Virus record (IMG/VR): IMGVR_UViG_2974513946_000001
Location: 3,499-67,498 of that record
Source: a virus
Lineage: Duplodnaviria > Caudoviricetes
Strand: one strand, 5' to 3'
DNA length: 64,000 nucleotides
Under the pieces are notes generated by a model. It did no database searches. It saw only the letters and a list, made by a program, of their open reading frames with translations, and had not been told where the DNA came from. Every line of letters starts with the position of its first letter. Position 1 is the stretch's first letter. Of this stretch, positions 40,607-50,486 are shown one piece after another. The translations under genes and the position numbers were made by a program.

Positions 40607-41184
40607 GCGTCAACCCCTTGCGCCGCTTTGGACTCGTTCAGGTCTTGCATTTCAAGTTCTTGCATGATGCCCGGATAGCGCTTATCGTCTTCTTTGACGA
40701 AAACACCGCCGTACATCACACCGCGACGGTGTTTGATTTCGTTGTACGCAACTTCGACGCATTCGACGAAATCAAAGCCAAGCTTGCGGCACAACAGTTG
40801 CAGGCTGTTGCCCAGAAGCCCGAGGGTTTCTAGTGCGTTGTCGCGCTGATTCTTCGCCACATAGTCGGACAACAGACCCATGTGTTCGACGAAGAAAAGC
40901 GGGTCGTCTGACGGTTCGCAAGGGTTCGCCATCAAGCCGATAATTTCGCCGCCCATGATTGCCGAAACGTTGTTCAGCATAACGAAGGTGTCGCCGATGC
41001 CGTCTTGGGTCTTGCAATCGTCGTCTTCGCGGATGCCTTCGCAGATTTCGCCGAACTCGCTAACGAGTTTCATAAACTGCCCTTTGGCGTTTTCCGTGGC
41101 GATGATACGGCGATCATGTGCCCATTGGGTGATAGCTACGGCCAAGCCCAGCAGGATCATACGCTTACGCTCTGGGGTGTTCAT
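40603..41184 (-). CDS. MazG-like nucleotide pyrophosphohydrolase
   Basis: KLVSEFGEI...DGIGD and AYNEIK.R.G motifs. Confidence 0.85.
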   Translation of the reverse strand: MNTPERKRMILLGLAVAITQWAHDRRIIATENAKGQFMKLVSEFGEICEGIREDDDCKTQDGIGDTFVMLNNVSAIMGGEIIGLMANPCEPSDDPLFFVEHMGLLSDYVAKNQRDNALETLGLLGNSLQLLCRKLGFDFVECVEVAYNEIKHRRGVMYGGVFVKEDDKRYPGIMQELEMQDLNESKAAQGVDA

Positions 41185-41783
41185 CAGTTGTTACCTTTGG
41201 TTGGGTTGCTGGAAACAACGCCGTCTTTGACGGCAAATTGGGTGATGGTCGCGGCGGACTCGTTCGCGTTCTTGGTAGTCCCGAAATAGAACGCCAGAAC
41301 TTGTTTAAGTTCGCTGAACCAGTAGCCTATCACCGTGCCGACCGTGATAGCAAGCTGGGTCGGCAATTCGGTTGTTTGGGTAAGAATCGAATAAGCGATT
41401 CCGATAGAACCCGCCAGCAGTATAACGGCGATGGTTGGGCGAATCCAGTCTTTAGGCTGGGTCGCGGCAAAATCGCGGGCCGATTTGCGGTCGTCAACTT
41501 CGGCTTGGAATGCAGCCTGATCAGCAAGAACCTGATCATGTACGGCGGTCGCGGCGATTTGTTGCAACTGAACCTTGGCGTTGGTTTCCAATTCCTTGAT
41601 TTTCACAAGGGCGTCGGGGTCGTTCTGCAAAGCGGCAGATACAGACACTTCGTCGTTGTTGACCCCAAGTGCAGTAGAAACAAGGGTGCCTACCGCCGCG
41701 CCTGCCGGGCCACCTAAAAGGGTGCCAATGGTTGGGGCAACAGAACCGACGACTTTCGAAACATCAGACCAAGAAAAAGACAT
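41184..41783 (-). CDS. Holin-like membrane protein
   Basis: APTIGTLLGGPAG N-terminus, DR.SAR, WIRP, two C-terminal TM helices ending FYFG. Confidence 0.7.
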   Translation of the reverse strand: MSFSWSDVSKVVGSVAPTIGTLLGGPAGAAVGTLVSTALGVNNDEVSVSAALQNDPDALVKIKELETNAKVQLQQIAATAVHDQVLADQAAFQAEVDDRKSARDFAATQPKDWIRPTIAVILLAGSIGIAYSILTQTTELPTQLAITVGTVIGYWFSELKQVLAFYFGTTKNANESAATITQFAVKDGVVSSNPTKGNN

Positions 41784-41810
41784 GATTTCATTCCTGTATT
41801 TAAGTTAAAA

Positions 41811-41846
41811 GAAAGCCCGCTTACCGAACAAGGTTTGCGGGCTTTC
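41811..41846. terminator. Intrinsic terminator
   Basis: GAAAGCCCGC/GCGGGCTTTC stem; T tract on the minus strand. Confidence 0.8.
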
Positions 41847-41868
41847 TCTATTTACGCATTACCGACGA

Positions 41869-42765
41869 TTAAAACTCTTCGGCTTCGCCTTTGGCAGCGT
41901 CATCACCTTGGGCACCGCCCGAAGTCGAAGCGCTGTCGGCCTTGCTGTAATCGGCGTTCAGTTCGCCGCCTACTACGGCCTTGTTGAACTCTTTCGCGGC
42001 GTCGAACCAAGTTTTGATGCCGACCATACCGGCCAGTTCGAAAGACACACCAGACCAAGTACCGGAATCGTTCGACATTGCGGCGGTAGTCAGCTTGACC
42101 ACGTTAGCGAAGGTCGGCGGTGTCATCGGGCCTTTAGGCGTGTTTACTTTCTTCTGCGAAAGCGTGGTCATCAGCTTACGGGAAGCCTTGATTTGCGACG
42201 ACGAGCAAGAAAGGATTGCTTGGCCGAACTCGCCGGTTGCCGGGTCAACGATCAACACGAAGTGCGAACGGGTATCGGCGAAGTAATCGTTTTTCTTGAC
42301 GTTAACCGAACCGTCTTCGGAAGGTGCGTAGAAGCCGCGTTCAACTTCCTTAACCTGCGTTGGGTCTTCGCGCAGTTCGTTGAACTGTTCGACGGTCATT
42401 TCGCCTTTGAAACCGCCGTCGCCACCTTCACGACCGCCCCAGCGAATGAAAGTACGCTTGAAGGCGCAAGGGATGATAAAGATACCCTCTTTGCCGTCGT
42501 ACAGCTTGCCGGTAACGTTGTTGTACAACATGCCAGCTTTGGCGCCTTTGACGTACTTGGCGTCGTCTTCGTCAACCAGCGGCGACATTTTTTGCAGAAC
42601 CATGATGAACGGAATTGCAAAGGATTCGATATCCGCGCCTTCGAAGCCGGTCACGCCTTCGAACATGTCGTCGCCCATGAATTCGGCCAGAGCGCCACCA
42701 GTTGCAACCAGCGCAATTTGCTTGGTTTCTTCGGTCGCTTGAGCGTTTTCGTCTTTCTTAGCCAT
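41869..42765 (-). CDS. Putative single-stranded DNA-binding/recombination protein
   Basis: IPFI.VLQK.SP motif; acidic-aromatic C-terminal tail (GEAEEF); own promoter; start refined to 42765. Confidence 0.65.
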   Translation of the reverse strand: MAKKDENAQATEETKQIALVATGGALAEFMGDDMFEGVTGFEGADIESFAIPFIMVLQKMSPLVDEDDAKYVKGAKAGMLYNNVTGKLYDGKEGIFIIPCAFKRTFIRWGGREGGDGGFKGEMTVEQFNELREDPTQVKEVERGFYAPSEDGSVNVKKNDYFADTRSHFVLIVDPATGEFGQAILSCSSSQIKASRKLMTTLSQKKVNTPKGPMTPPTFANVVKLTTAAMSNDSGTWSGVSFELAGMVGIKTWFDAAKEFNKAVVGGELNADYSKADSASTSGGAQGDDAAKGEAEEF

Positions 42766-42824
42766 GATCTTTATTTCCTTGTTTCGTTTTGGTTGGGTTG
42801 GTGTTCCTTGCCGGAACAGCGCCC

Positions 42825-42852
42825 ATATTACGCTGATTCCGGCAGGTGTCAA
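42825..42852 (-). promoter_or_regulatory. sigma70-like promoter
   Basis: TTGACA-16bp-TAATAT. Confidence 0.7.
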
Positions 42853-42860
42853 CAGCTAAT

Positions 42861-43508
42861 TTACTTCTTTTTGCGTTTTGCTGGGTCTTTCGGTTGGGTC
42901 ACTTTTGCTTCGCGGAATTCGAACAGGTCTACGCAGTCAGGCAGCGGCTTATAACCTTCCTCTTCCTGATCTTTCGCAAGGTGTTCACGGATGAACGCCG
43001 ATTGGGTCATAGCATGAATGGACTGGTCAAGCGACGACATGTAGCCAGCTTTTTGCAAGGCTTCTTTGGCCTTCTTGGCTTCGTCCAATTCGCCGCGCCC
43101 GAACTCGGAAACGACTTTAGTTTTAATAATGCCGTCGTTCTTGGTTTCTTCCAACCATTCGAACCACTTGGCCCGGTTCTGTTCTTTGACAGTGCCGTTA
43201 ACCTTGCGCGCTACGCCGACCTTACGACCGTCAGCTAGGCGGCATTCTTCTTGGCCCATTTCATCCAGCAGTTCGGGCAACTCTTCGCGGCGAAGCTTTT
43301 TCAACTTCTCTTCGAGTTCGATAAGCGCCACTTTCGCGGTGGTGATGTCGGCGTCTAGCTGAACTTCACGGTCAACAAGGTTCAAAAGGCGTTCTTTGAT
43401 ATCGACGGAAGCGTCATCGCCGGACGGCGAATAGCCTTCGAAATAGTCGATGCTGTCGGCTTTCTGGAAATCAGGGTGCGCGGGGTCGTTGATGTGAACA
43501 GAAGTCAT
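42861..43508 (-). CDS. Conserved replication-cluster protein
   Basis: Coiled coil followed by WFEWL...GIIK and SIHA.T..AFIRE; located between helicase and SSB-like genes. Confidence 0.75.
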   Translation of the reverse strand: MTSVHINDPAHPDFQKADSIDYFEGYSPSGDDASVDIKERLLNLVDREVQLDADITTAKVALIELEEKLKKLRREELPELLDEMGQEECRLADGRKVGVARKVNGTVKEQNRAKWFEWLEETKNDGIIKTKVVSEFGRGELDEAKKAKEALQKAGYMSSLDQSIHAMTQSAFIREHLAKDQEEEGYKPLPDCVDLFEFREAKVTQPKDPAKRKKK

Positions 43509-45175
43509 TGTTTCGATTCCAATGTCAGATTGTGGGGAGAAACGCCTAAGCGTTCGTATTCGGGAATTTCTGGAACTTGTTGGGTTTCAAGTTCTGCGCC
43601 CTCTTCGTCTCGCTCGTTACGAAGGCGCATCACGCCATTTACGACGTAATCCATAAGCTTTTTCTTATGTTCTACGTTCTTGAAAACGTCGTCGTCTACC
43701 GAGTCTTCCGCGTGAAGGTCGTAGTATACGACAGTTTTTACGGTTCCGATACGGTGGTTACGGTCTTCCGATTGAAGGCGAAGTTCTGCGTTCTCCGACG
43801 TGGAAAGGTAAATTGTCGTATCGGCGCGGGTTAAGGTGATACCGATTCCGCCCGCCGCAGGGTTGCCGATGAACACCGGGAAATCGCCGCGTTGGAAGCC
43901 GTCGATGATTTCTTCGCGGTCATTCTTGTGGGTCTTACCGTTGTAAATCCGGCAACCGATTTGCATGTCCGCAATGATTTGCGCGGCCATTTCAATTTCT
44001 TGTTGGTATTCCGCCCAAACGATGATCGAACGCGACGGGTCGTCGTCCATAAGGTCGGCTACAAGGCTTTTGAAAGCCTGCATACGCGGATTGCGTTCGA
44101 TGCCCAACAGTTCCGGGACTCCGTACAGGCTGATAAAACCCGACGTAACCTGTTTGAGTTTGGAGCGTGCCGCGATTGCTTCGAAGCTGAAGTATTCTTC
44201 GTTAGTGTAATCCGGGGTCATACGGGCGAACTCGTAATCGTCGCGGATTAGGTTGTAAATCTTGCGCTGTTCGGTGGTCAGTTCGAAGTATACGCGTTTG
44301 TACATCTTGGGCGGCAGGAACGGCAACGCCTCTTCTTTGGTGATGCGGTAGCTATGCGGGGAAATCAGGCTGATAAGACGGTCAAGGTTCTTGAACATCG
44401 GCAGTCCGGTAACAGGGTCGGTTTCAGCCAATTGCGGCGCAACACGGGCACCCGTCTTTTTCATGAGCGCAACCATTCGCCGGTCATCTGACGGAATCAG
44501 AACGGTGAATTCGGCCACGAACGCACGGTAAGACGAAATCCCCAGAAGGCCCGGTTTTAAGAACTGGTATTGCATGAACAGGTCGGCGGGGTTCTTTGTG
44601 AGTGGGGTTCCCGACAGGATTCGACGCGCCATTGCCTTGCGACCCAGCTTAACGATTTTCTTCGTCCGGGCCGCGTCTGGGGACTTGATGCGCGAAGATT
44701 CGTCCACGACCATCATGCAATTGGGGAAAGCCTCAAGGAACCGGGTCACTTCGTCATGACCAGCCGCGAAGTTAACGGCGTCGATGTTCACCGCAAACAC
44801 GCGCAACGGGCCTTGGCCTTCGTAATGGTCTGCGTACAGTTCGTCTAGGCGCTTGCGGGCCTTCTTGCTACTTGGGTTCCCCTGCCACACACGCATCAAC
44901 ACCGGAATGTCGGCGTGTGTGGGGATTTCGCGGATGACCCAATTTGTATGGACGCCTTTAGGGGCCAGAACCAACACGGCGTTGATACGGCCTTTCAGGT
45001 ACGCCCGAACAATGTCGGCTATCGTCATCCAAGTTTTGCCGGTGCCCTGTTCAGCCAGATAGGCGAAATTCCACTTGCCCGCCGACAGTTCAAGACCCTT
45101 GATTTGATGACCAAGCCCGCCAGTCTTCATACCGGGAACCGGCGTTGTGTTCTTGAAAATATCCATTACTTGCAC
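43505..45175 (-). CDS. SNF2-family DNA helicase
   Basis: QGTGKT, DESS, LSGTP, GGIGITLT, QSEDRNHRIG motifs. Confidence 0.92.
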   Translation of the reverse strand: MQVMDIFKNTTPVPGMKTGGLGHQIKGLELSAGKWNFAYLAEQGTGKTWMTIADIVRAYLKGRINAVLVLAPKGVHTNWVIREIPTHADIPVLMRVWQGNPSSKKARKRLDELYADHYEGQGPLRVFAVNIDAVNFAAGHDEVTRFLEAFPNCMMVVDESSRIKSPDAARTKKIVKLGRKAMARRILSGTPLTKNPADLFMQYQFLKPGLLGISSYRAFVAEFTVLIPSDDRRMVALMKKTGARVAPQLAETDPVTGLPMFKNLDRLISLISPHSYRITKEEALPFLPPKMYKRVYFELTTEQRKIYNLIRDDYEFARMTPDYTNEEYFSFEAIAARSKLKQVTSGFISLYGVPELLGIERNPRMQAFKSLVADLMDDDPSRSIIVWAEYQQEIEMAAQIIADMQIGCRIYNGKTHKNDREEIIDGFQRGDFPVFIGNPAAGGIGITLTRADTTIYLSTSENAELRLQSEDRNHRIGTVKTVVYYDLHAEDSVDDDVFKNVEHKKKLMDYVVNGVMRLRNERDEEGAELETQQVPEIPEYERLGVSPHNLTLESKQ

Positions 45176-45600
45176 ACCGAAACGATTGAAAGAATGGTGA
45201 TGATAGCAGGGACGCCCTTTGCAACGATAGGCCCGGTCGTGAAACCAGACTCAATAGACGCGGCCATATCTTGGTTCGACATTTCTTCAAGGTCGAAATT
45301 CGGGTTCAGAAGGTAAGCTTCGCCGCCGATTTCTGCCAGTACAAAAGCAGGTGCGCCCCACGATTTTTTCTCACGCAGGAAAGCGATTTGGCCTTTTTCG
45401 AATTTCCCTTTCAGCGGGCAAGAAAGCGACCGAACCTTGTGATCTACCGACTTGAATTCGACATAGAACGAACAGCCGCGACGGTTGGTCATGAGGCTGT
45501 CGGACAACCCGGAACGCTGGGTTTCTAGGAAGTCGATCAATAACGACCGTTGCGAAGCGGTCTTGAATCGACGGGCAAATCTGCTTTCTTTATCATTCAT
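45166..45600 (-). CDS. VRR-NUC/PD-(D/E)XK nuclease-like protein
   Basis: GLSD...YVEFK...QIAF pattern; start refined to 45600. Confidence 0.7.
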   Translation of the reverse strand: MNDKESRFARRFKTASQRSLLIDFLETQRSGLSDSLMTNRRGCSFYVEFKSVDHKVRSLSCPLKGKFEKGQIAFLREKKSWGAPAFVLAEIGGEAYLLNPNFDLEEMSNQDMAASIESGFTTGPIVAKGVPAIITILSIVSVCK

Positions 45601-45790
45601 AATCTGTACTCTCGTTTTCTTCCCAATCAACAACGTCATAGCGACCCGAAATAACACCCCAAGCCCATTTCAACCGGTGCCAAAGCCAATCGGCTTTGTG
45701 GTCAAGCGAGCGAGCCGGGACATTTCGGCCTGACTTGTCGAGCCTCATAACACGCCAGAGCATTATTTCATTAGCTTTGTACTTTGCCAT
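45593..45790 (-). CDS. Small hypothetical protein
   Basis: AAGGTG RBS; RLKWAWGVISGRYD motif; start refined to 45790. Confidence 0.7.
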   Translation of the reverse strand: MAKYKANEIMLWRVMRLDKSGRNVPARSLDHKADWLWHRLKWAWGVISGRYDVVDWEENESTDYE

Positions 45791-45877
45791 ATTTCGACAC
45801 CTTATGTTCATTGAACGGCGACAGTGTAACACGGTTTGCGGGTAATGGCAGGCGGTTTGACGGCCTGCCAGTGAACA

Positions 45878-48847
45878 TTATTCCTTGTTTTCGGCGGCGA
45901 TCTCTTTCGGCGTTTTCAGGCGCTTGATTGCACGACCGATAAAAATGTCGATGGTCGGAGACATGCGCCAGCCCTTGAACATGAACCATTGGCCTTTCTT
46001 GGCGCCTTCAATAAGCGACTTATACTTCGGGTAGCTTTCCGGCTGGATACGAACGCGATACGGCTGGTCGGTCGAATCGTCAACGACGAACAAGTCGGCG
46101 AACTGGCTATCGCCGCGCCACATTCCGCGCTTACCACGGGCAATACGCTTTGCCTGACGCTTCGGGTCGTTTTCGTCTTCTAGCTTCTTTTCGGTCAACT
46201 TTCCGATGATTAGGAATGTGTCCTTACCGGCAACGTCCTTAATCTGGGAAATCTTGCGACCGTCAGTCACGCCAGCAAGCGAGCTATCCCGGTACATGTC
46301 GCCGAACAGTTCGTGGGCTTCGGCAATCGAAGCGAACTTGACTTCCGCATTCGCAAGGCGTTCAGCCGACTTTTCGTAACTGGCGATGACCTTTTGATGT
46401 GGGCGCGAAAGCTTTTTCACTTCCTTTTCGGTCAACGACTTGTCGGCCTCAATCGCGGCCAGAACCTTCCACGATTCGGCGGCGGCGTCACGCAGCGCAA
46501 AGAAACGTTCCGAAGTCGCCATGCCGAAGCCCTTGGCGTTCATGATACCGCCGACAAGCTTACCGTTCGCGGCTTTCCAGTTCGCACCCGACAACTCTGG
46601 GTCGATAGCCGAATACGTCACACCTTCCGCCGCCAGTTCGCGAAGAATGGCGATGGTCTGTTCGTCGTCCTTTGCAGCGCGCAGGGAAGCGGCGGCGAAC
46701 TCCAAGCGGTGATAGCGCTTTAGGTACAGCGTCCAATAGGTGACGACCCCGTATGCGACGGCGTGCGACTTGTTGAAGCCGTAAGCACCGAACGCGGCCA
46801 TTTCCGACCATAGTTTAGCGACATGCTCTTCTTTGATGCCAAGGGAAAGCGCACCTTTCAAAAACGGTTCGTACCACTGTTTTAGGTACTCTTCGCCCTT
46901 CGATTTCGCCATACCACGACGCAGACCGGAAGCCTGTTCCCAATCCAACAAGCCAATGTCGCGGGCAATCGACATGATTTGTTCTTGGTAGATCAGAACG
47001 CCATAGGTAGCCGAAAGGTGTGGTTCCAGTTCAGGGAAAGGGAACGTTACGTCTTCGCGGCCTGCTACCCGTTCGATGTACTTGGTAGCCATACCCGACG
47101 ACAAAGGGCCAGGGCGGGCGAGTGCTGTCAGTTGCTCCAAGTGGTCGAAGCGGGTCACGTTTACTTCGTTCGTCGTTCTGCGTACTGCGCCACCTTCGAA
47201 CTGGAACACGCCCGACAGCTTGTCGTCGTTCACCATCTGAAAGATTTCGGGGTTGTTCAACGGCAAGTCGTACAGTTCTTGAACTGTCATAACCCCGGCG
47301 TCTTCGATAACCCCAAGCGTGCGAAGGCCAAGAACGTCGATTTTCAACAGGTTCAGGTATTCGGCGTCTGGCTTGTCAATCTGCGCCACACCGTCAGCGC
47401 CGACCGTGCAGAACTGGCCTACAGGCTCATTACAGACGATGATTCCCGCCGCGTGAACCCCAGAGTGTGAAGGGTTCAATTCAATCGCTGACATGACCCC
47501 AGCGGCGTATGGTTCGCGCTTGGCAAACGACCGGCCCTGTTCTGTCTGCGCGAACGTGTCTTCCATCCCGTGCCCGTAACGATCATCGCCGGAAGCGTAA
47601 TCCACAAGTGTGGCTTTCAGAGCGTCGGTGTCAAAGAAGTTCAAGCCGAAGCCCGCGCCAACTTTGCCGATGATGGAAAGACCTTTCATCATGTTGACGT
47701 TGCCAAGTTTCGACACATACGGGTTGCCGTACTTCTGAAACAGATAGTCGATAACGTCAGCGCGGCGGGTATCCGGGAAGTCGATATCTACGTCGGGAAG
47801 GTCGGAGCGGGAAACGTCGATAAAACGAGCGAACAGAAGGCCGAAGGGAATCGGGTCAACTTCGGTCATTTCGGTTAGGTAGCAAATCAGACTGCCAGAG
47901 CTAGAGCCACGACCGGGGCCGACCAACATAGTTTGCTTGGCGTAACGGATCAAATCCGACACAACGAGAAAGTAAGAATCGAAACCCTTCGCCATGATCG
48001 CCGAATATTCTTCGTTCAAGCGGTCTTCATATTCAGGCGTCCATTCTGCGATGTGCCCACGTTCCAAGCGGTACGCCTGACCAGCACGGGCCAGAGCCAT
48101 CAAGTCACCTTCGACCTTGATGATTGGTGCTTTCGGCAAGCCGTGGCTGTCTGCGTTTGAGGCGATGACCAGACCAGCAACAAAGCCGGTGTTCTCGATT
48201 GCCTTGTCGAGTTCTAACGGGGTCAACCAGCGGGAGAAGAAACCGCGAATGTCTGTTTCGCTGACCAGATGACGAATGCCGATGCTTGTCCGAATCCCGG
48301 CACCTTGCGCGGCGTCCTTGTCAGAGTTTCGCGGCATGTCGTTGTAAGATGTAAGAACGAGCGGTTTACCCGTGGCACGATGGCGAGCGACACCGGCAGC
48401 GATGGCCGCGCCTGACGTTGGGTTAAGGTCGATATAGTCGAAATCGTCGTCGCTAAGCTGACGCAGCGCGCCACCAGAGAACCGAACGACGCCCTTGAAC
48501 ATACGGAACGTGTGACGACTGATAGGGCCGTTCTGCGCGCTATGGGTGCTAGCCAGAAAGAAGCCTTTGTAGTCTGTCGCCAGCATCCAAGCGACCGGGC
48601 GGGAGTCCAACAGTTCGCCGTCTTCGTCAAACGTGCCGATTGGGACTTCTACACCGAAGCCGGGCTTAATGTCGGTCTTCGAAAGGGCTTGTTCCCAACG
48701 AACCGCGCCCCATGTGCCAGTGTCAACCAGACCGGCAAAGTCTGCGTTCAGTTCTTTCAGTGTGTCGATTACGTCGTCGATTCGACCGAATGCAGCCTTG
48801 AAGCTGAACCCGGTACGGACGCGAAGTTGCGGAAATTTGGAAGTCAT
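45878..48847 (-). CDS. dnaE: DNA polymerase III alpha subunit
   Basis: GPGRGS..GS, PDVDIDF, HAAG, KIDVLGL, YGFNKSHA motifs. Confidence 0.97.
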   Translation of the reverse strand: MTSKFPQLRVRTGFSFKAAFGRIDDVIDTLKELNADFAGLVDTGTWGAVRWEQALSKTDIKPGFGVEVPIGTFDEDGELLDSRPVAWMLATDYKGFFLASTHSAQNGPISRHTFRMFKGVVRFSGGALRQLSDDDFDYIDLNPTSGAAIAAGVARHRATGKPLVLTSYNDMPRNSDKDAAQGAGIRTSIGIRHLVSETDIRGFFSRWLTPLELDKAIENTGFVAGLVIASNADSHGLPKAPIIKVEGDLMALARAGQAYRLERGHIAEWTPEYEDRLNEEYSAIMAKGFDSYFLVVSDLIRYAKQTMLVGPGRGSSSGSLICYLTEMTEVDPIPFGLLFARFIDVSRSDLPDVDIDFPDTRRADVIDYLFQKYGNPYVSKLGNVNMMKGLSIIGKVGAGFGLNFFDTDALKATLVDYASGDDRYGHGMEDTFAQTEQGRSFAKREPYAAGVMSAIELNPSHSGVHAAGIIVCNEPVGQFCTVGADGVAQIDKPDAEYLNLLKIDVLGLRTLGVIEDAGVMTVQELYDLPLNNPEIFQMVNDDKLSGVFQFEGGAVRRTTNEVNVTRFDHLEQLTALARPGPLSSGMATKYIERVAGREDVTFPFPELEPHLSATYGVLIYQEQIMSIARDIGLLDWEQASGLRRGMAKSKGEEYLKQWYEPFLKGALSLGIKEEHVAKLWSEMAAFGAYGFNKSHAVAYGVVTYWTLYLKRYHRLEFAAASLRAAKDDEQTIAILRELAAEGVTYSAIDPELSGANWKAANGKLVGGIMNAKGFGMATSERFFALRDAAAESWKVLAAIEADKSLTEKEVKKLSRPHQKVIASYEKSAERLANAEVKFASIAEAHELFGDMYRDSSLAGVTDGRKISQIKDVAGKDTFLIIGKLTEKKLEDENDPKRQAKRIARGKRGMWRGDSQFADLFVVDDSTDQPYRVRIQPESYPKYKSLIEGAKKGQWFMFKGWRMSPTIDIFIGRAIKRLKTPKEIAAENKE

Positions 48848-49392
48848 TATTTAGCACCCCATGCGCGGAAAATGCCCGTAGCTTTTGCCACTTCAAACAG
48901 CATTTTGCAGTCGTCAGACGCCCGGTGTGTCTGAACCAGAGGGCCGACGTAGATTTCGTAAAGCTTTTCTAGCTTCATATTGAAGCCGTAAAGGTGGCGT
49001 GTTTCTTCGACAGAACAGATTTCGAGGGCGGGCCAGTTGATGCGCCCCAAGTGTTCGTCGATACGCGACATTTCGCATTCAGCAATGAACTTATCGAACG
49101 ACAGGTTGTGCGACATTACCGCGTCTGCTTTGCCGAAGAAATCACCGATAGATTCGACGTGTGCCGGGAAGGTCGGTTCGCCTTCTAGCATTTCGTCGGT
49201 GATTCCGGTAATGCGGGTAATGACCGATTCCAAGGGCATATTCGGATTGATCAGAACGTTAAGTTCTTCGATGATTCGCACGCCATCCGTAAGGATTCCG
49301 CCGAACTCGATAGCCTTCGGTTGCTTGTTGACAGAGGCGCGGCGATGCAGCGGAAGCCCGGTAGTTTCGAAGTCGAATAGAGCAAACATCAT
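48847..49392 (-). CDS. 3'-5' exonuclease (DnaQ/epsilon-like)
   Basis: DFETTG (ExoI), HNLSFD (ExoII), HRASDD (ExoIII). Confidence 0.92.
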   Translation of the reverse strand: MMFALFDFETTGLPLHRRASVNKQPKAIEFGGILTDGVRIIEELNVLINPNMPLESVITRITGITDEMLEGEPTFPAHVESIGDFFGKADAVMSHNLSFDKFIAECEMSRIDEHLGRINWPALEICSVEETRHLYGFNMKLEKLYEIYVGPLVQTHRASDDCKMLFEVAKATGIFRAWGAK

Positions 49393-49431
49393 GTCGATGT
49401 TTCCTTGTGGTCAGGGGATGGGAAACAGAAA

Positions 49432-49465
49432 AGCCGTCGCGGCGATGGGTATTCGCCGGACGGCT
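49432..49465 (-). terminator. Intrinsic terminator overlapping a promoter
   Basis: 13-bp stem with one bulge followed by TTTTCTGTTT; TTGCGC-18bp-TATAAT immediately upstream. Confidence 0.7.
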
Positions 49466-49505
49466 CAAATTATACAGACCTAATTTAGATCAGCGCAAGC
49501 GTCAG

Positions 49506-50483
49506 TTACTTGCGCGGCGCATGGTCACGCAACCAACCTTGCAAGGTGGCGACGGCCTCTTCGACGTCTTTGAACGCGGTTTTGCCGCCAGTCCGAACGC
49601 CCGGAACCATCAGCTTTTTGCGTGCGTGATAGAGCCGGGAAGCGCCCGGAAGGTTGATAGGGAACAATTCGTCTACGCGGTAAACGTCGATGAATTCCCA
49701 TTCTTTGGGAAGTTCTTTCCAGTATTGCGGGAAAAGAATGGCCTGTTCGATTGCTGGGTCGCCGCTAAAGATCGGGTCAGACTGCCAGTCTGGCGATGGG
49801 TCGTGACGGGTGCGCTTGTCCAGACGTTCACCAGCGACAGCGGGTTCGGGTTCGATTGCCTGTTTGTCTTCCGGTTGGCCTACCATTTCCGGCAGCGGTT
49901 CGTCGTCCTCTTCGATAAGGTGGCTATCCGCCGCCGCCTGCATCGCGGCAAGACTGCCATTCGATTGTGCTGGCGCGGCTGCAAGCTTCGTCTGTTCGAT
50001 TTCTTCCGGTGTCATTTCGCGGAACTCGACAACTTCGGTCGCTTCGTCGTCACACTTGACGGTTCGAATCTGGTGGGAAATAAAAATGTCCAGAAAGCCA
50101 GAGTCAGACGACACGCCAGCGGTGATTTTTGCGCCTTGCTTATTGCAGTATTCGACCCAATTGGCGACTACGCGGGCGAAGTGTTCAGGGCCGGAAACGG
50201 CCAATTTGCCGTCCTCTTCCGGGATAAGGTACAGGCCGAAATCCATGCCTTCGACCATACCGGTTTGTTTCTTGATCAGCTTCGACAGGCGCTGACGCAT
50301 GGATTCGCCCGCTACTGCGATGATTACGGAGAAGTGGTTGATTGTGGCGCAGGACTGCAACAGCTTAATGCCGTTTTCAACGCGGGAATAGCGCACGCCG
50401 TCGCCGCGAATTGCTGGGGTGAACAGGGTGTAATCGAAGCCGAATACGACTACGCCTTTGCGCTCGTTGGTTGCTTGAGTCAT
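49506..50483 (-). CDS. Degenerate HAD-like domain fused to a DUF3310/T7 gp1.7-like domain
   Basis: VVFGFDYTL resembles HAD motif I without the first Asp; C-terminal IDVYRV.ELF...HA.KKL..PG.R.G.K..KDVEEA..L pattern. Both family calls are from recall. Confidence 0.55.
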   Translation of the reverse strand: MTQATNERKGVVVFGFDYTLFTPAIRGDGVRYSRVENGIKLLQSCATINHFSVIIAVAGESMRQRLSKLIKKQTGMVEGMDFGLYLIPEEDGKLAVSGPEHFARVVANWVEYCNKQGAKITAGVSSDSGFLDIFISHQIRTVKCDDEATEVVEFREMTPEEIEQTKLAAAPAQSNGSLAAMQAAADSHLIEEDDEPLPEMVGQPEDKQAIEPEPAVAGERLDKRTRHDPSPDWQSDPIFSGDPAIEQAILFPQYWKELPKEWEFIDVYRVDELFPINLPGASRLYHARKKLMVPGVRTGGKTAFKDVEEAVATLQGWLRDHAPRK

Positions 50484-50486
50484 GGT

